From a virus (taxonomy: Duplodnaviria > Caudoviricetes): a stretch of 51,165 nt of DNA. A program made the translations under genes and the position numbers. Position 1 is the stretch's first letter, and every line of letters starts with the position of its first letter. The notes under the pieces are model-generated. The model saw only the letters and a program-made list of their open reading frames with translations, searched no databases and had not been told where the DNA came from. The stretch lies in the IMG/VR virus record IMGVR_UViG_3300011442_000012, positions 1 through 51,165 of that record; one strand, 5' to 3'. Of the stretch, positions 9,197 to 17,678 are shown in pieces.

Positions 9197-10213
9197 ATGA
9201 ATCTCATGAAGCTCTTCGAGGATCAACGACTTTTCAATCGGCAGATCTGGACACCGGACCAAGATCGAAATCGATTTCTCGATCGCTTGCGCCATCTCGC
9301 TCTTGGGATGTTTGAAGAGACAGGAGAACTTCTCGGGACCTACGAATGGAAATCTCATCGGCAGAAACCCGGTCAGCTGCCGAACGTATCCCATTCCCAC
9401 GAAGAACTCGTGGACATGTTTAAGTACTGGCTCTCACTGGCGGACCTTGCGGACTTTCCGATGGAGCAGCTGGAAGAAATGTACTACGCCAAGAGCCGAG
9501 TGGTTCAGTACCGCTACCAAGAAGAATGGATGGCCAACCTGGATGGACCCTGCGTGGTCGTGGACATTGACAACGTGCTAGCTGATTACATCACGGGCAT
9601 CTGCCGATTCGCCAAGGAGTGGGGACCGCACATCCTCAAGCTCACACCCTCGGAGACGCTTTCCTTCGTGCATCGCCTCGATGACCTTTGTAAGAAACGT
9701 GTGTGGGTCGGAGCCGAGAGCGTAGGCATTGAACCAAGCAAGTGGAACCTACTCAAACACGAATTTCGGGTAGGCGGGTATCACCGACGCCTCCCCGTGT
9801 TTGATGACGCGAAATTTTTTCTGGATTGGTGCCGCGCCCATCGGTGGAAGATTTTGCTGATCACGGCTCGGCCGGTGGACCGCTACCCCAACATCTTTAC
9901 GGATACGCTGGCGTGGCTGGATGCCGAGCAGTTAGCGTTTGACTTCCTCTGGTGGGCGTCCAACAAGGCTGACCGGCTGGAGGAGATCACAAATGCCAAG
10001 GCGAAATTAAACGTGGTCTTTGCCGTTGATGATGATCTGACCTTCGTAAAACAATTCGCCAGTCGAGGCATTCGAACTTTTTGGTTGGACCGATTGGGAA
10101 CCCATCCACCGTATCTTTCAAAAAATGTTACGGTGATGCACTCACTCTTTACTCTCGTACGGTACATGACCGCCGAGATCATGGACGGTAAAGCGACAAC
10201 GATCCCTCGGTAA
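9197..10213 (+). CDS. dimeric dUTPase/MazG-like domain fused to a HAD-family nucleotidase
   Basis: N-terminal EETGELL...WKSH...EELVDMFKY...Y..K. C-terminal VVDIDNVLAD, ITARP, K, AVDDD (HAD motifs I-IV). Confidence 0.82.
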   Translation: MNLMKLFEDQRLFNRQIWTPDQDRNRFLDRLRHLALGMFEETGELLGTYEWKSHRQKPGQLPNVSHSHEELVDMFKYWLSLADLADFPMEQLEEMYYAKSRVVQYRYQEEWMANLDGPCVVVDIDNVLADYITGICRFAKEWGPHILKLTPSETLSFVHRLDDLCKKRVWVGAESVGIEPSKWNLLKHEFRVGGYHRRLPVFDDAKFFLDWCRAHRWKILLITARPVDRYPNIFTDTLAWLDAEQLAFDFLWWASNKADRLEEITNAKAKLNVVFAVDDDLTFVKQFASRGIRTFWLDRLGTHPPYLSKNVTVMHSLFTLVRYMTAEIMDGKATTIPR

Positions 10214-10229
10214 ACAGAAGGAGCAGCAG

Positions 10230-11495
10230 ATGGCAGACTTTGCAGACGCCAAGCACCGACCGCACGCTATCCACACCGGAGAGGAGCCACGGAACAAGAT
10301 CACGTACGGACCTGAATCGCTCTCGGTGAGCTTAGACCGATGGGGTCCTACAGAGAACTTGTTCACCAGTCTGTACGACTCCCTGCAAGCGAATTGGGGA
10401 GAGACGCCGAGTCGGGTCATCCACCGAGACTCGTGCGATGGCACCTGCCAGAGCATGCGAGAGCATAATCTAGGGTGGTGTCGATTGAAGGGCGACGAAC
10501 GGACCTACGTGCTTTCCGCGTTCGAGGGAAAGACGCTCCCGCAAGCTCTGGAAGGGATCACGTTCGACTTCTGCATTGACGGCGTGAGCCGAGCCTTCAC
10601 GCACCAGAACGTGCGGACGCGGATCGGTGCCGGCTTCATGCAGCACGGAGGCCGTGACAACGATTGGCGTCACCGAGGATGGACGATGCCAGAGACCATG
10701 CGACGGATGTGCGTGGCTTACGAGGAAGGCTACGGTCAGGAAGGGATTCGATCGGAACCCGGCCTCAAGCACTGCATCTCGAACTGGCAAGCGGTCACGA
10801 CGTACATGGCCGAAGAGCGAAGTGAGATTGAAGCTACCTCGTCGGACCTTAAAGGCTTCGGTATCCGAGAAGCGATCGAAGACCATATCATGAACGGCCG
10901 TCGGCTCTATGCGGCTCTCGTGGATGCCGGTATCCCGTGGCAGGACGCACGGCGGGTTCTGTTCATGGGCATGCAGACCTACATCCACGATCAGTACAAC
11001 TTTCTGGCGTTGAAAGGGGTGCTCGAACGTCGGCTCGAACACGTGATGGACTGGGAATTTAATTGCGTGGCACAACTCATGCTCCGGGAAGTGAAGATAA
11101 AATGCCCACTGCCGATCTCGCAATTTCTCGGCAGCATGAGCGACAAAGCGAAGCAGGCCAAGTTCGCCGGTCTCGAGTCGTGGCCTCCAGATGGAAAGTA
11201 TCCCAACCCGTTCGAGCGGTGCAAGACCTGTGGTCACAACGAAGGCAATCATATCGGTGACTTTTGCGAAGTCTGCCAGCGAGATCGTGACGAGGCCGCA
11301 GTCAAGACCATACACGTCGGAAAGATCACCAGCAAGGCCTACCACAAATACGTTGGTGTGGACTCCCTACCACGGCAGCACCGGCCGGAGCAGATGCCGT
11401 TCTTCGTGCTCCATCCCGACAGCATGGCCGGTGGACCTATCGTTTGGATTCCTACCAATGGCACATATCCTCACGATCTCGCCCCGATCCGTTAG
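10230..11495 (+). CDS. divergent ThyX-like flavoenzyme
   Basis: LE.ITF.F.IDGVSRAFTHQ.VR.R, GIP.QDAR..L, N..AL....ERR, WEF..VA..M indicate the ThyX fold, but the signature reads RTRIGAGFMQHGGRD. Confidence 0.82.
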   Translation: MADFADAKHRPHAIHTGEEPRNKITYGPESLSVSLDRWGPTENLFTSLYDSLQANWGETPSRVIHRDSCDGTCQSMREHNLGWCRLKGDERTYVLSAFEGKTLPQALEGITFDFCIDGVSRAFTHQNVRTRIGAGFMQHGGRDNDWRHRGWTMPETMRRMCVAYEEGYGQEGIRSEPGLKHCISNWQAVTTYMAEERSEIEATSSDLKGFGIREAIEDHIMNGRRLYAALVDAGIPWQDARRVLFMGMQTYIHDQYNFLALKGVLERRLEHVMDWEFNCVAQLMLREVKIKCPLPISQFLGSMSDKAKQAKFAGLESWPPDGKYPNPFERCKTCGHNEGNHIGDFCEVCQRDRDEAAVKTIHVGKITSKAYHKYVGVDSLPRQHRPEQMPFFVLHPDSMAGGPIVWIPTNGTYPHDLAPIR

Positions 11496-11571
11496 GCATC
11501 TCCACCGTGCACTCAAGAGGATTCGCATGAGTCTAAATGCAGCTGCGTACCAAGCCATGAAGGAGTACAAC

Positions 11572-11754
11572 ATGCCGAAGAGACCGAGGCCGAAGAAGCA
11601 GACCGGAAAACATTTACGGAAGACCGCGAAAAAGGTAGCGCGGATCCAGAAGGACATCGATCGTCGGAACGCCAAGATCGAAAAGCTCACTACGAAGATC
11701 ACTCGGGAGATCACTCGGGATTCAGCACGGATCGCTGACCTGCTCAAGCAGTAA
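11572..11754 (+). CDS. small basic coiled-coil protein
   Basis: RBS aaggag. K/R-rich heptads. Confidence 0.55.
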   Translation: MPKRPRPKKQTGKHLRKTAKKVARIQKDIDRRNAKIEKLTTKITREITRDSARIADLLKQ

Positions 11755-11763
11755 AGGAGCGCC

Positions 11764-12630
11764 ATGGCCGTCGTGAAGCGGGAGCCAGGATCGAAAAAGA
11801 AAAAGAGGAAACGTGATCGAGAAGAGGAGGAGTCCCCCAAGGAAACATTCAAACTTTCGGAGGAGATCACCGAGCCGAGTGACCGGTTAGAGGATTACAT
11901 TATCTTGCTGACCGGAGAAAAGAAGATCGGCAAGACCACGTTGGCCTCGCAGTTCGATGCGGAGCGGTCGTACTTTCTCGCCACCGAGGTGGGCTATCGG
12001 GGTGTCCGTATTCGGAAATCGGATATCACGAATTGGCGCACGGCCAAGGCTGCGACGAAAGCGTTGGAGAAAGCCGGGACCAAGTACGGTCCGATTGTCG
12101 TGGACACCGTCGATAAGCTCTTTGACCAGTGTGAGGAATACGTCTGCGATAAACTTGGGATCAACCATCTCTCTGAGGAAGAGTGGGGCAAGGGATACGC
12201 AGAATGCCGGAGAGAGTTCGATCGGTTGATCACGCGGCTCTCCCGCATTGGCGTGGGGCTGATTCTGATCTCCCACACGGAAGAGAAAGATATCAAACAT
12301 CGCGATGGCGGCACCTACCATCGCGTGGTGCCCACCATGTCCAACCAAGCACGGAAGGTGATCGAACCGCTCGTGGATATCTGGACCTACTTCAGCTACG
12401 ATGATTCTCGTCGCGTCCTGGTGATCCAAGGCGATGAGCATGTCTCGGCCGGACACCGGCTCGTGGATCGATTCCGAACTCCAGAAGGCAAACCCATTCG
12501 GCAGATTGACATGGGTCACTCGGCCAAGCGTGGGTTCAAAAACCTCATGGCTGCGTTCAACAACGAGTACCGGCCACCAGAGGATCGAGAGGAGGAGCGT
12601 CCGAAGAAGCTTACGTTCAAGAAGAAGTAA
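11764..12630 (+). CDS. Sak4/AAA_24-like phage ATPase (recombination)
   Basis: Walker A GEKKIGKTT, Walker B IVVDT, WGKGY, LISH. Directly upstream of the SSB-like gene. Confidence 0.85.
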   Translation: MAVVKREPGSKKKKRKRDREEEESPKETFKLSEEITEPSDRLEDYIILLTGEKKIGKTTLASQFDAERSYFLATEVGYRGVRIRKSDITNWRTAKAATKALEKAGTKYGPIVVDTVDKLFDQCEEYVCDKLGINHLSEEEWGKGYAECRREFDRLITRLSRIGVGLILISHTEEKDIKHRDGGTYHRVVPTMSNQARKVIEPLVDIWTYFSYDDSRRVLVIQGDEHVSAGHRLVDRFRTPEGKPIRQIDMGHSAKRGFKNLMAAFNNEYRPPEDREEERPKKLTFKKK

Positions 12631-12657
12631 ACCGTCTCATCACAGAGGAGTGTCCAC

Positions 12658-13629
12658 GTGGCAAAGAAGGAAGCGAATCTCGACGCTCGGCTCAAGCGAG
12701 CCATGAAGAAGTGGGACGATGCCAAGGAAGGCATCAAGGCCGGAGGCTTCGACGAATTCGACGACGGCCGCTACAAGGCCAAGATGGTGAAGGCCGAGAT
12801 CGGTGTCTCTGCCAACGACCGGTTGCAGGTACTCATGCACTGGAAGTTCCTGAGTGGGGAGTACAAGGGCAAGGAGAAGATCGCGTTTCAAGGAATCGAG
12901 ACCGAGGAGAGTCTCAAGTACTTCGGTATCGATCTCGAAAAGCTCGGGTACGAAACCGACTCCATCGAAGGTCCCGATGATCTCAAGGGCATCATCAAGG
13001 AACTCAACAAGGAGAAGCCGGAAGCACGCATCTCCCTCAAGACCAAGGGTGAGTTCCAGAACGTCAACATCGTGAAGGTCAAGGGATCCGATGATGACGA
13101 AGAGGCCGAGGACGAAGACGAGGATTCGGATGACAGTGAAGATGAAGACGAGGACGAAGAGAAGTCCTCGAAGAAAAAGAAGAGCAAGAAGAAGAAGAGC
13201 GACGACGATGACGACGACGAGTCCGAGGATGAGGACGAAGACGAGGAAGAAGATTCGTCCAAGAAAAAAAAGAAGAAGAAGTCCAAGGACGAGGACGAAG
13301 ACGAGGACGAAGACGAGTCCGACGACGATGACGAGGATGACAAGAAGAAGAAAAAGAAGAAGAAGAAGTCGGACGACGAGGATGAAGACGAAGACTCGGA
13401 CGATGAAGACGATGAGAGCGAAGCCGAGTCCGTCGAGATCGCCGTCGGAGCCGAAGTCACGTACGACTACAAGGGCAAGAAGGTGAAGGGCACCGTGCTC
13501 GACGTCTTCACGAAGTCCAACGAACTCAAGGTGCAGACCGGCGACCACAAGCGTCGCATCAGCATCGAGGACGTGAAGGACGTCGAGGTGCCGGACGAGC
13601 CGAAGAGCAAGAAGAAGAAGAAGAAGTAA
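12658..13629 (+). CDS. DUF669-like ssDNA-binding protein with charge-block linker and SH3/Tudor-like tail
   Basis: GFDEFDDGRY.AK..KAE..S...W.FLSGEYKG OB-like N-terminus. Follows the Sak4-like gene. C-terminal IAVGAEVTYDYKGKKVKGTVLDV. Confidence 0.7.
   Translation: MAKKEANLDARLKRAMKKWDDAKEGIKAGGFDEFDDGRYKAKMVKAEIGVSANDRLQVLMHWKFLSGEYKGKEKIAFQGIETEESLKYFGIDLEKLGYETDSIEGPDDLKGIIKELNKEKPEARISLKTKGEFQNVNIVKVKGSDDDEEAEDEDEDSDDSEDEDEDEEKSSKKKKSKKKKSDDDDDDESEDEDEDEEEDSSKKKKKKKSKDEDEDEDEDESDDDDEDDKKKKKKKKKSDDEDEDEDSDDEDDESEAESVEIAVGAEVTYDYKGKKVKGTVLDVFTKSNELKVQTGDHKRRISIEDVKDVEVPDEPKSKKKKKK
13090..13420 (+). repeat. low-complexity coding tract, alternating D/E and K blocks
   Basis: (gac/gag/gat/gaa)n and (aag)n runs. 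Confidence 0.9.
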
Positions 13630-13638
13630 GGAACCGCT

Positions 13639-13765
13639 GAACCCCGGTCCAGAGAGTGGTGAGTTCATAAGTGCTTAGAGTCCTCGCAATGTGCGGGGAG
13701 ATAGAGCCAGAACGAGATCGCCAGCCGAAAGGCTAACGGCTTCCACGTTGGGCCGGGTTTCTTTT
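13639..13765 (+). ncRNA. candidate structured intergenic RNA
   Basis: cccggtcca (13643-51) pairs with tgggccggg (13749-57). Internal hairpins at 13681-13699 and agcc-GAAA-ggct. U-rich tail. Confidence 0.5.
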
Positions 13766-13782
13766 CAAGCAGGAGGAGCGCC

Positions 13783-14334
13783 ATGAGAGCTATCGAACAG
13801 ATTGCGATGCGCACGTTGGACTTGGACCAGCGCATTGATGAAATCGACGGACTGCACGAACTCCCCGAAGTAAACGGCATCAAGCGGAGACTCAAATGGA
13901 TTCGGGATCAGGTCACGGCCGTGCACGTATTCCTGCATTCCTTCTACCCCAGAAACGGAGCCAAGATCGGCGACGCGTTCAAGGTGAATCTGGCTTTCAA
14001 CTATCAGATCATTCCCTCGCGTGAACTGGAGTTGATCCAGCTGGTGGAAGGACATTCCATCCAGCTGTGGAACGGCGTGCCCAACGAAGGTCTCTCGCAT
14101 TTCGGGTATCACATTCGAGACGGCTACTCGCTCATGAAAGAGATCGAGTTCTGGAAGGCGGAAGGGTTCGTGTGTGCGCAAGTGTCGCTCACGGTCGAGC
14201 ACACCGGTACGGCACGCCGGTATCTCTACGCGTTCATCGATACCCGAGGCCAGATCGGCACCTGGACCAAAATCATTGCTCGGCTCAATCAGCCCATGGC
14301 GATCGCCGACGCGATCAAGGAGTTCGACCAGTGA
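13783..14334 (+). CDS. VOC (glyoxalase/epimerase-like) superfamily protein
   Basis: IEQIAM, LAF, ELELIQ..EG.S, GLSHFGYHI, YAFIDTR, as in methylmalonyl-CoA-epimerase-like VOC proteins. Confidence 0.7.
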   Translation: MRAIEQIAMRTLDLDQRIDEIDGLHELPEVNGIKRRLKWIRDQVTAVHVFLHSFYPRNGAKIGDAFKVNLAFNYQIIPSRELELIQLVEGHSIQLWNGVPNEGLSHFGYHIRDGYSLMKEIEFWKAEGFVCAQVSLTVEHTGTARRYLYAFIDTRGQIGTWTKIIARLNQPMAIADAIKEFDQ

Positions 14335-14828
14335 ACAGCAACGCCAAGAAGCGTGACATGTTCCGGCCACTGCATGAACGCTTGCTCAGACTGGCCGGAT
14401 ACGTTTTTCCTTCTCAACAACCTCATCCGGTTGAAGCGAAATTCGGTCCGTACGAATCCCGGCATGGTGATGTGCAGGCCGAGTTTCGATACATACTCGC
14501 GATCTTGGAAGAGATCGCCGCTCGCAAGGTGGACGACTACGGACCCTTCCGCTATGATGAAATCGAATTCAACTGGAGATGGGAGATCCAGTCACTCTAT
14601 CAGGACATCGAACGAAAGTTCGGCCGCTTAAAATCTTTCATCCGGCCACAACCCTCGAACAATACCGTGTCCAACCGTGAGGTGATACTCGAGACGTTAG
14701 TAGACCTGTCAGTGTACGCGGCTCGTGGGATTCAAATCATCGTACGATACGAACAGATGATCGAGAACATTGACGTCACCACCCACGGAGATGAAGCCAG
14801 AAAGTATACAGAAGGGAATGCCAAATGA
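14331..14828 (+). CDS. DUF1599 / nucleotide-modification-associated domain 1-like protein
   Basis: RKVDDYG ... IERKFGRLKS ... EVILETLVDLSVYA. GTGA overlap, RBS aaggag. Confidence 0.68.
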   Translation: MNSNAKKRDMFRPLHERLLRLAGYVFPSQQPHPVEAKFGPYESRHGDVQAEFRYILAILEEIAARKVDDYGPFRYDEIEFNWRWEIQSLYQDIERKFGRLKSFIRPQPSNNTVSNREVILETLVDLSVYAARGIQIIVRYEQMIENIDVTTHGDEARKYTEGNAK

Positions 14829-15562
14829 ATATCTTCATCACCGGAGCCAGCAGTGGACTCGGCCTTGCTCTCACGAGGATCTTTCGAGCCAGTGGGCACA
14901 CCGTGCTCGGTACCACGAATGATCGCCACACGGCGACCATCAACCCGGAACTCTTCTTCTACCACGCGAGTGGGAAGGCCTCGATTCAATCACAATGTTT
15001 CCAGCTGGCCGATCGTGCCGGGGAAATGTTCGGAGCCGAACGGTTGGATGTTCTGATCAACAACATTGGCGTGAACGAGATTCGACCCTTCGATCAGCTG
15101 CATGAAGATTTTCTCCGAGATCTCATGGCAACGAATTACGAAACCCCGGTGCTCATGACGCAAGCTTTTCTCCGGTGGTTCCGTATTCCTGCCACGATCG
15201 TCAACATCGTGTCCGATGCCGCGTGGAGGCCGATGCGTCACTCGTTGGCGTACAACTGTTCCAAGGCCGCATTGGACATGGCCACGAAGCAGATGGCGCG
15301 CGAACTCACGAAGCCTCGGAACCTTAGTGTGATCGGGATCCGGCCGGGAAAAATGAAAGAGACCGAGATGTCCCGATATATCGACAAGCGAGTACAAGAA
15401 GTACGTGGCTGGACAGCCGAGCAGGCCGCAGAATATTTCCGGGTCAACAGCCTTACCGGTCTCGAGCTTCACCCTATCGACGTGGCCACGCTCGTGTACG
15501 CGATCTGCGTGTCGCCTATTGCTGCAAACATGAGTGGTGCTTGTCTTGATTTGGTCGGCTGA
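14825..15562 (+). CDS. short-chain dehydrogenase/reductase
   Basis: ITGASSGLG, LINNIG, IVNIVS, catalytic YNCSK, IRPG. Confidence 0.92.
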   Translation: MNIFITGASSGLGLALTRIFRASGHTVLGTTNDRHTATINPELFFYHASGKASIQSQCFQLADRAGEMFGAERLDVLINNIGVNEIRPFDQLHEDFLRDLMATNYETPVLMTQAFLRWFRIPATIVNIVSDAAWRPMRHSLAYNCSKAALDMATKQMARELTKPRNLSVIGIRPGKMKETEMSRYIDKRVQEVRGWTAEQAAEYFRVNSLTGLELHPIDVATLVYAICVSPIAANMSGACLDLVG

Positions 15563-17664
15563 TGCTCAAACTTCCCGGTAAGACCCTCATCTTCGACGAA
15601 GAGACCACCGGCCTTTGGCCGTGGCCTACGGTGTGGAGGAAGAAGCACGGGGTGTATCCGGACCGTCCCTTTCTCTTTATCTTTTCAAATCTGGAGGGTG
15701 AAACCGTTTCCGTACGAGCCGAGGTGGACCCGTTTACACGCAAGCCGGATTACTCCAAGTGTCAAGCCGAACTCCGGTGGTTCAAAAAGATTGCAGCAGA
15801 TCCGAGTATGAGCGTCGTGGCCCATCAGGCTCGGTTCGAATACGCGATGACCGTGCAGCGGGATATCCGAGCAGAGTGGAACTGCACAATCCATGATACC
15901 AGACTCATGGCTCGGATCGCGAATCCTACCGGAGAAGAAAATTACCGGCTGAAACATCTAGCCAAAAAGTATTTGGGAATTGATGACGAAGATCAACAGC
16001 GGTTGAAAGCGAAGCTCCAACGGGCACGGCTGGAAGCCAAGAAGAGGGGATGGTTGATCGCCACCAAGGAGAGCCACGGCAAGCAGCCGAATGAAGCGGA
16101 CTACTGGTTACCCGAGCTTCGCACCTTGGTCCAGGAATACGGAGAGTTTGACGGACTGCGGACCACCGGCCTCTTTCGGTTCTATTCCAAACTCTTTGAC
16201 CGTAATCGGAAGTTCGGCGGACGACTCTGGGAAATGTACCGGTGGGAACTCCGCACCATGCGAGCCTCGATGGACATGGAGCGGGTCGGGATGACCTTCT
16301 GGCCTCATGCCGCCCGAGACCTGAAGACCATGTACCGAGGGTTGATGAAGGAACACCGAGATGGAATTGTATCGCTCGGCTATCCAGATTTAAATCTTCA
16401 GTCCGCACCGCAGATGCGACGTGTGTTCATCGAACAGAAAAAGTACGATACTCTTCGGACGACCAAGAAAGGGTTCCCGAAGATCGACAACGATCAGTTG
16501 ATGATCTGGGCACGCGGCTCCGTGGAGAGTGATGACATCGACAACGATGCCCCAGACGGAGATCCGCTTGCACGGCATGCGCTCGAATGGAAGGCCGGAA
16601 AGAAAGTTATCGAATACCTCGACAGCTATCAGTACTTCAAGTGCAAGCGATCAGACGGCTCCTACGTCATCCATCCGGCGTGGGACACCGGAGGAGCCAA
16701 GACCGGTCGCTACAGTTGCCACGATCCGAACGCGCAACAAATCGCCAGCACGGGTACGTGGCGCCGGCATTCGCATGTGCATCCGAGGCAACGAGAAAGC
16801 TACGGCGTACGTCCTGGGTATTACTGGTACACCCCGGACTACTCCCAGATTGAAGTATGGGTCTTTGCGTTCACCGCCAACGAAGAGTCGATGAAAGCCG
16901 CTCTACTGTCTGGAAGCGACTTCCATTTAAACACGGCACGGAGTGCATGGTACGAAGCCAACAAACGAGACTTCTGCACGTGCGGTCGTTGGAAAGAAGT
17001 CGAGCAGGAGATCCGCCGAAACAAACATTTCATCCTTATCTGGGATGAGGAAAAAAAGAAACATAAGAAAGGATGCCTCATCACGTGGTGGCGGCAACGA
17101 GCGAAGTCGCTTCTGTTCTCCCGGCTCTATGGCGGAGGCATTGACAAGATCGCACAATTGATTCGATGCACGAGGAAGGAAGCCATCAGATTCATTTCGC
17201 AGTTCAATGAGAACCTTCCCGGTGTCGCGGAGTACATGGCGAACACGGTGCAGACCTGTCGAGACACCGGTGTTCTCGTAAACTTGTTTGGCCGGGAATA
17301 CCAAATCGATCGAAGCAAAGCCTACAAGGCCGTGAACTATCAGATTCAAGGCAGCAGTGCAGAAGTAATGAAACGAGCCATTGTGCGGGTCAACGAACAC
17401 CTGACCACCAAATATCCCGGAGAGTGGGCAGAAGATCCCGATGGTAACGACGAGTACTTAGGCTCTCACGTGATCGCCACAGTACATGATAGCATGTTGG
17501 CCGAGATTCACCCGGACGATCACAGCAAACGATTGATGCGTGAGATGATTGAACTCATGCAGGTAGATTCACACGTGGTTCCGAACCTTCACGTTCCGCT
17601 CCCGGTCAAGATGGAATGGACGAACTCCAGCTGGCCGGAAGCTCAAGAAATTTCACTCCACTAG
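15562..17664 (+). CDS. polA: family A DNA polymerase (3'-5' exonuclease + polymerase)
   Basis: FDEETTGL, TGRYSC.DPN.QQI, DYSQIE, RQRAK...F...YG, NYQIQGS.A..MK, TVHDS. Confidence 0.95.
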   Translation: MLKLPGKTLIFDEETTGLWPWPTVWRKKHGVYPDRPFLFIFSNLEGETVSVRAEVDPFTRKPDYSKCQAELRWFKKIAADPSMSVVAHQARFEYAMTVQRDIRAEWNCTIHDTRLMARIANPTGEENYRLKHLAKKYLGIDDEDQQRLKAKLQRARLEAKKRGWLIATKESHGKQPNEADYWLPELRTLVQEYGEFDGLRTTGLFRFYSKLFDRNRKFGGRLWEMYRWELRTMRASMDMERVGMTFWPHAARDLKTMYRGLMKEHRDGIVSLGYPDLNLQSAPQMRRVFIEQKKYDTLRTTKKGFPKIDNDQLMIWARGSVESDDIDNDAPDGDPLARHALEWKAGKKVIEYLDSYQYFKCKRSDGSYVIHPAWDTGGAKTGRYSCHDPNAQQIASTGTWRRHSHVHPRQRESYGVRPGYYWYTPDYSQIEVWVFAFTANEESMKAALLSGSDFHLNTARSAWYEANKRDFCTCGRWKEVEQEIRRNKHFILIWDEEKKKHKKGCLITWWRQRAKSLLFSRLYGGGIDKIAQLIRCTRKEAIRFISQFNENLPGVAEYMANTVQTCRDTGVLVNLFGREYQIDRSKAYKAVNYQIQGSSAEVMKRAIVRVNEHLTTKYPGEWAEDPDGNDEYLGSHVIATVHDSMLAEIHPDDHSKRLMREMIELMQVDSHVVPNLHVPLPVKMEWTNSSWPEAQEISLH

Positions 17665-17678
17665 ACACGAGGTTGGCG

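Noticed and set aside
10230-11495. Ordinary thymidylate synthase thyX
   Set aside because: The signature His and Ser residues are replaced, so the gene symbol is withheld.
12640-13668. Long antisense and alternate-frame ORFs (poly-L/F/S, T/R-rich)
   Set aside because: They are shadows of the low-complexity D/E/K tract.
13715-13745. Group II intron domain V or hammerhead ribozyme
   Set aside because: The GAAA hairpin is too short, there is no CUGAnGA core and no RT gene.
16960-17090. Intein in PolA
   Set aside because: The insert is only about 40 aa and lacks the terminal HN-C/S/T splice motif.
6164-17664. Z-genome (2-aminoadenine) or 7-deazaguanine system suggested by MazG + PolA
   Set aside because: No PurZ, HD-domain DatZ, FolE/QueCDE or DpdA-like ORF was recognised.
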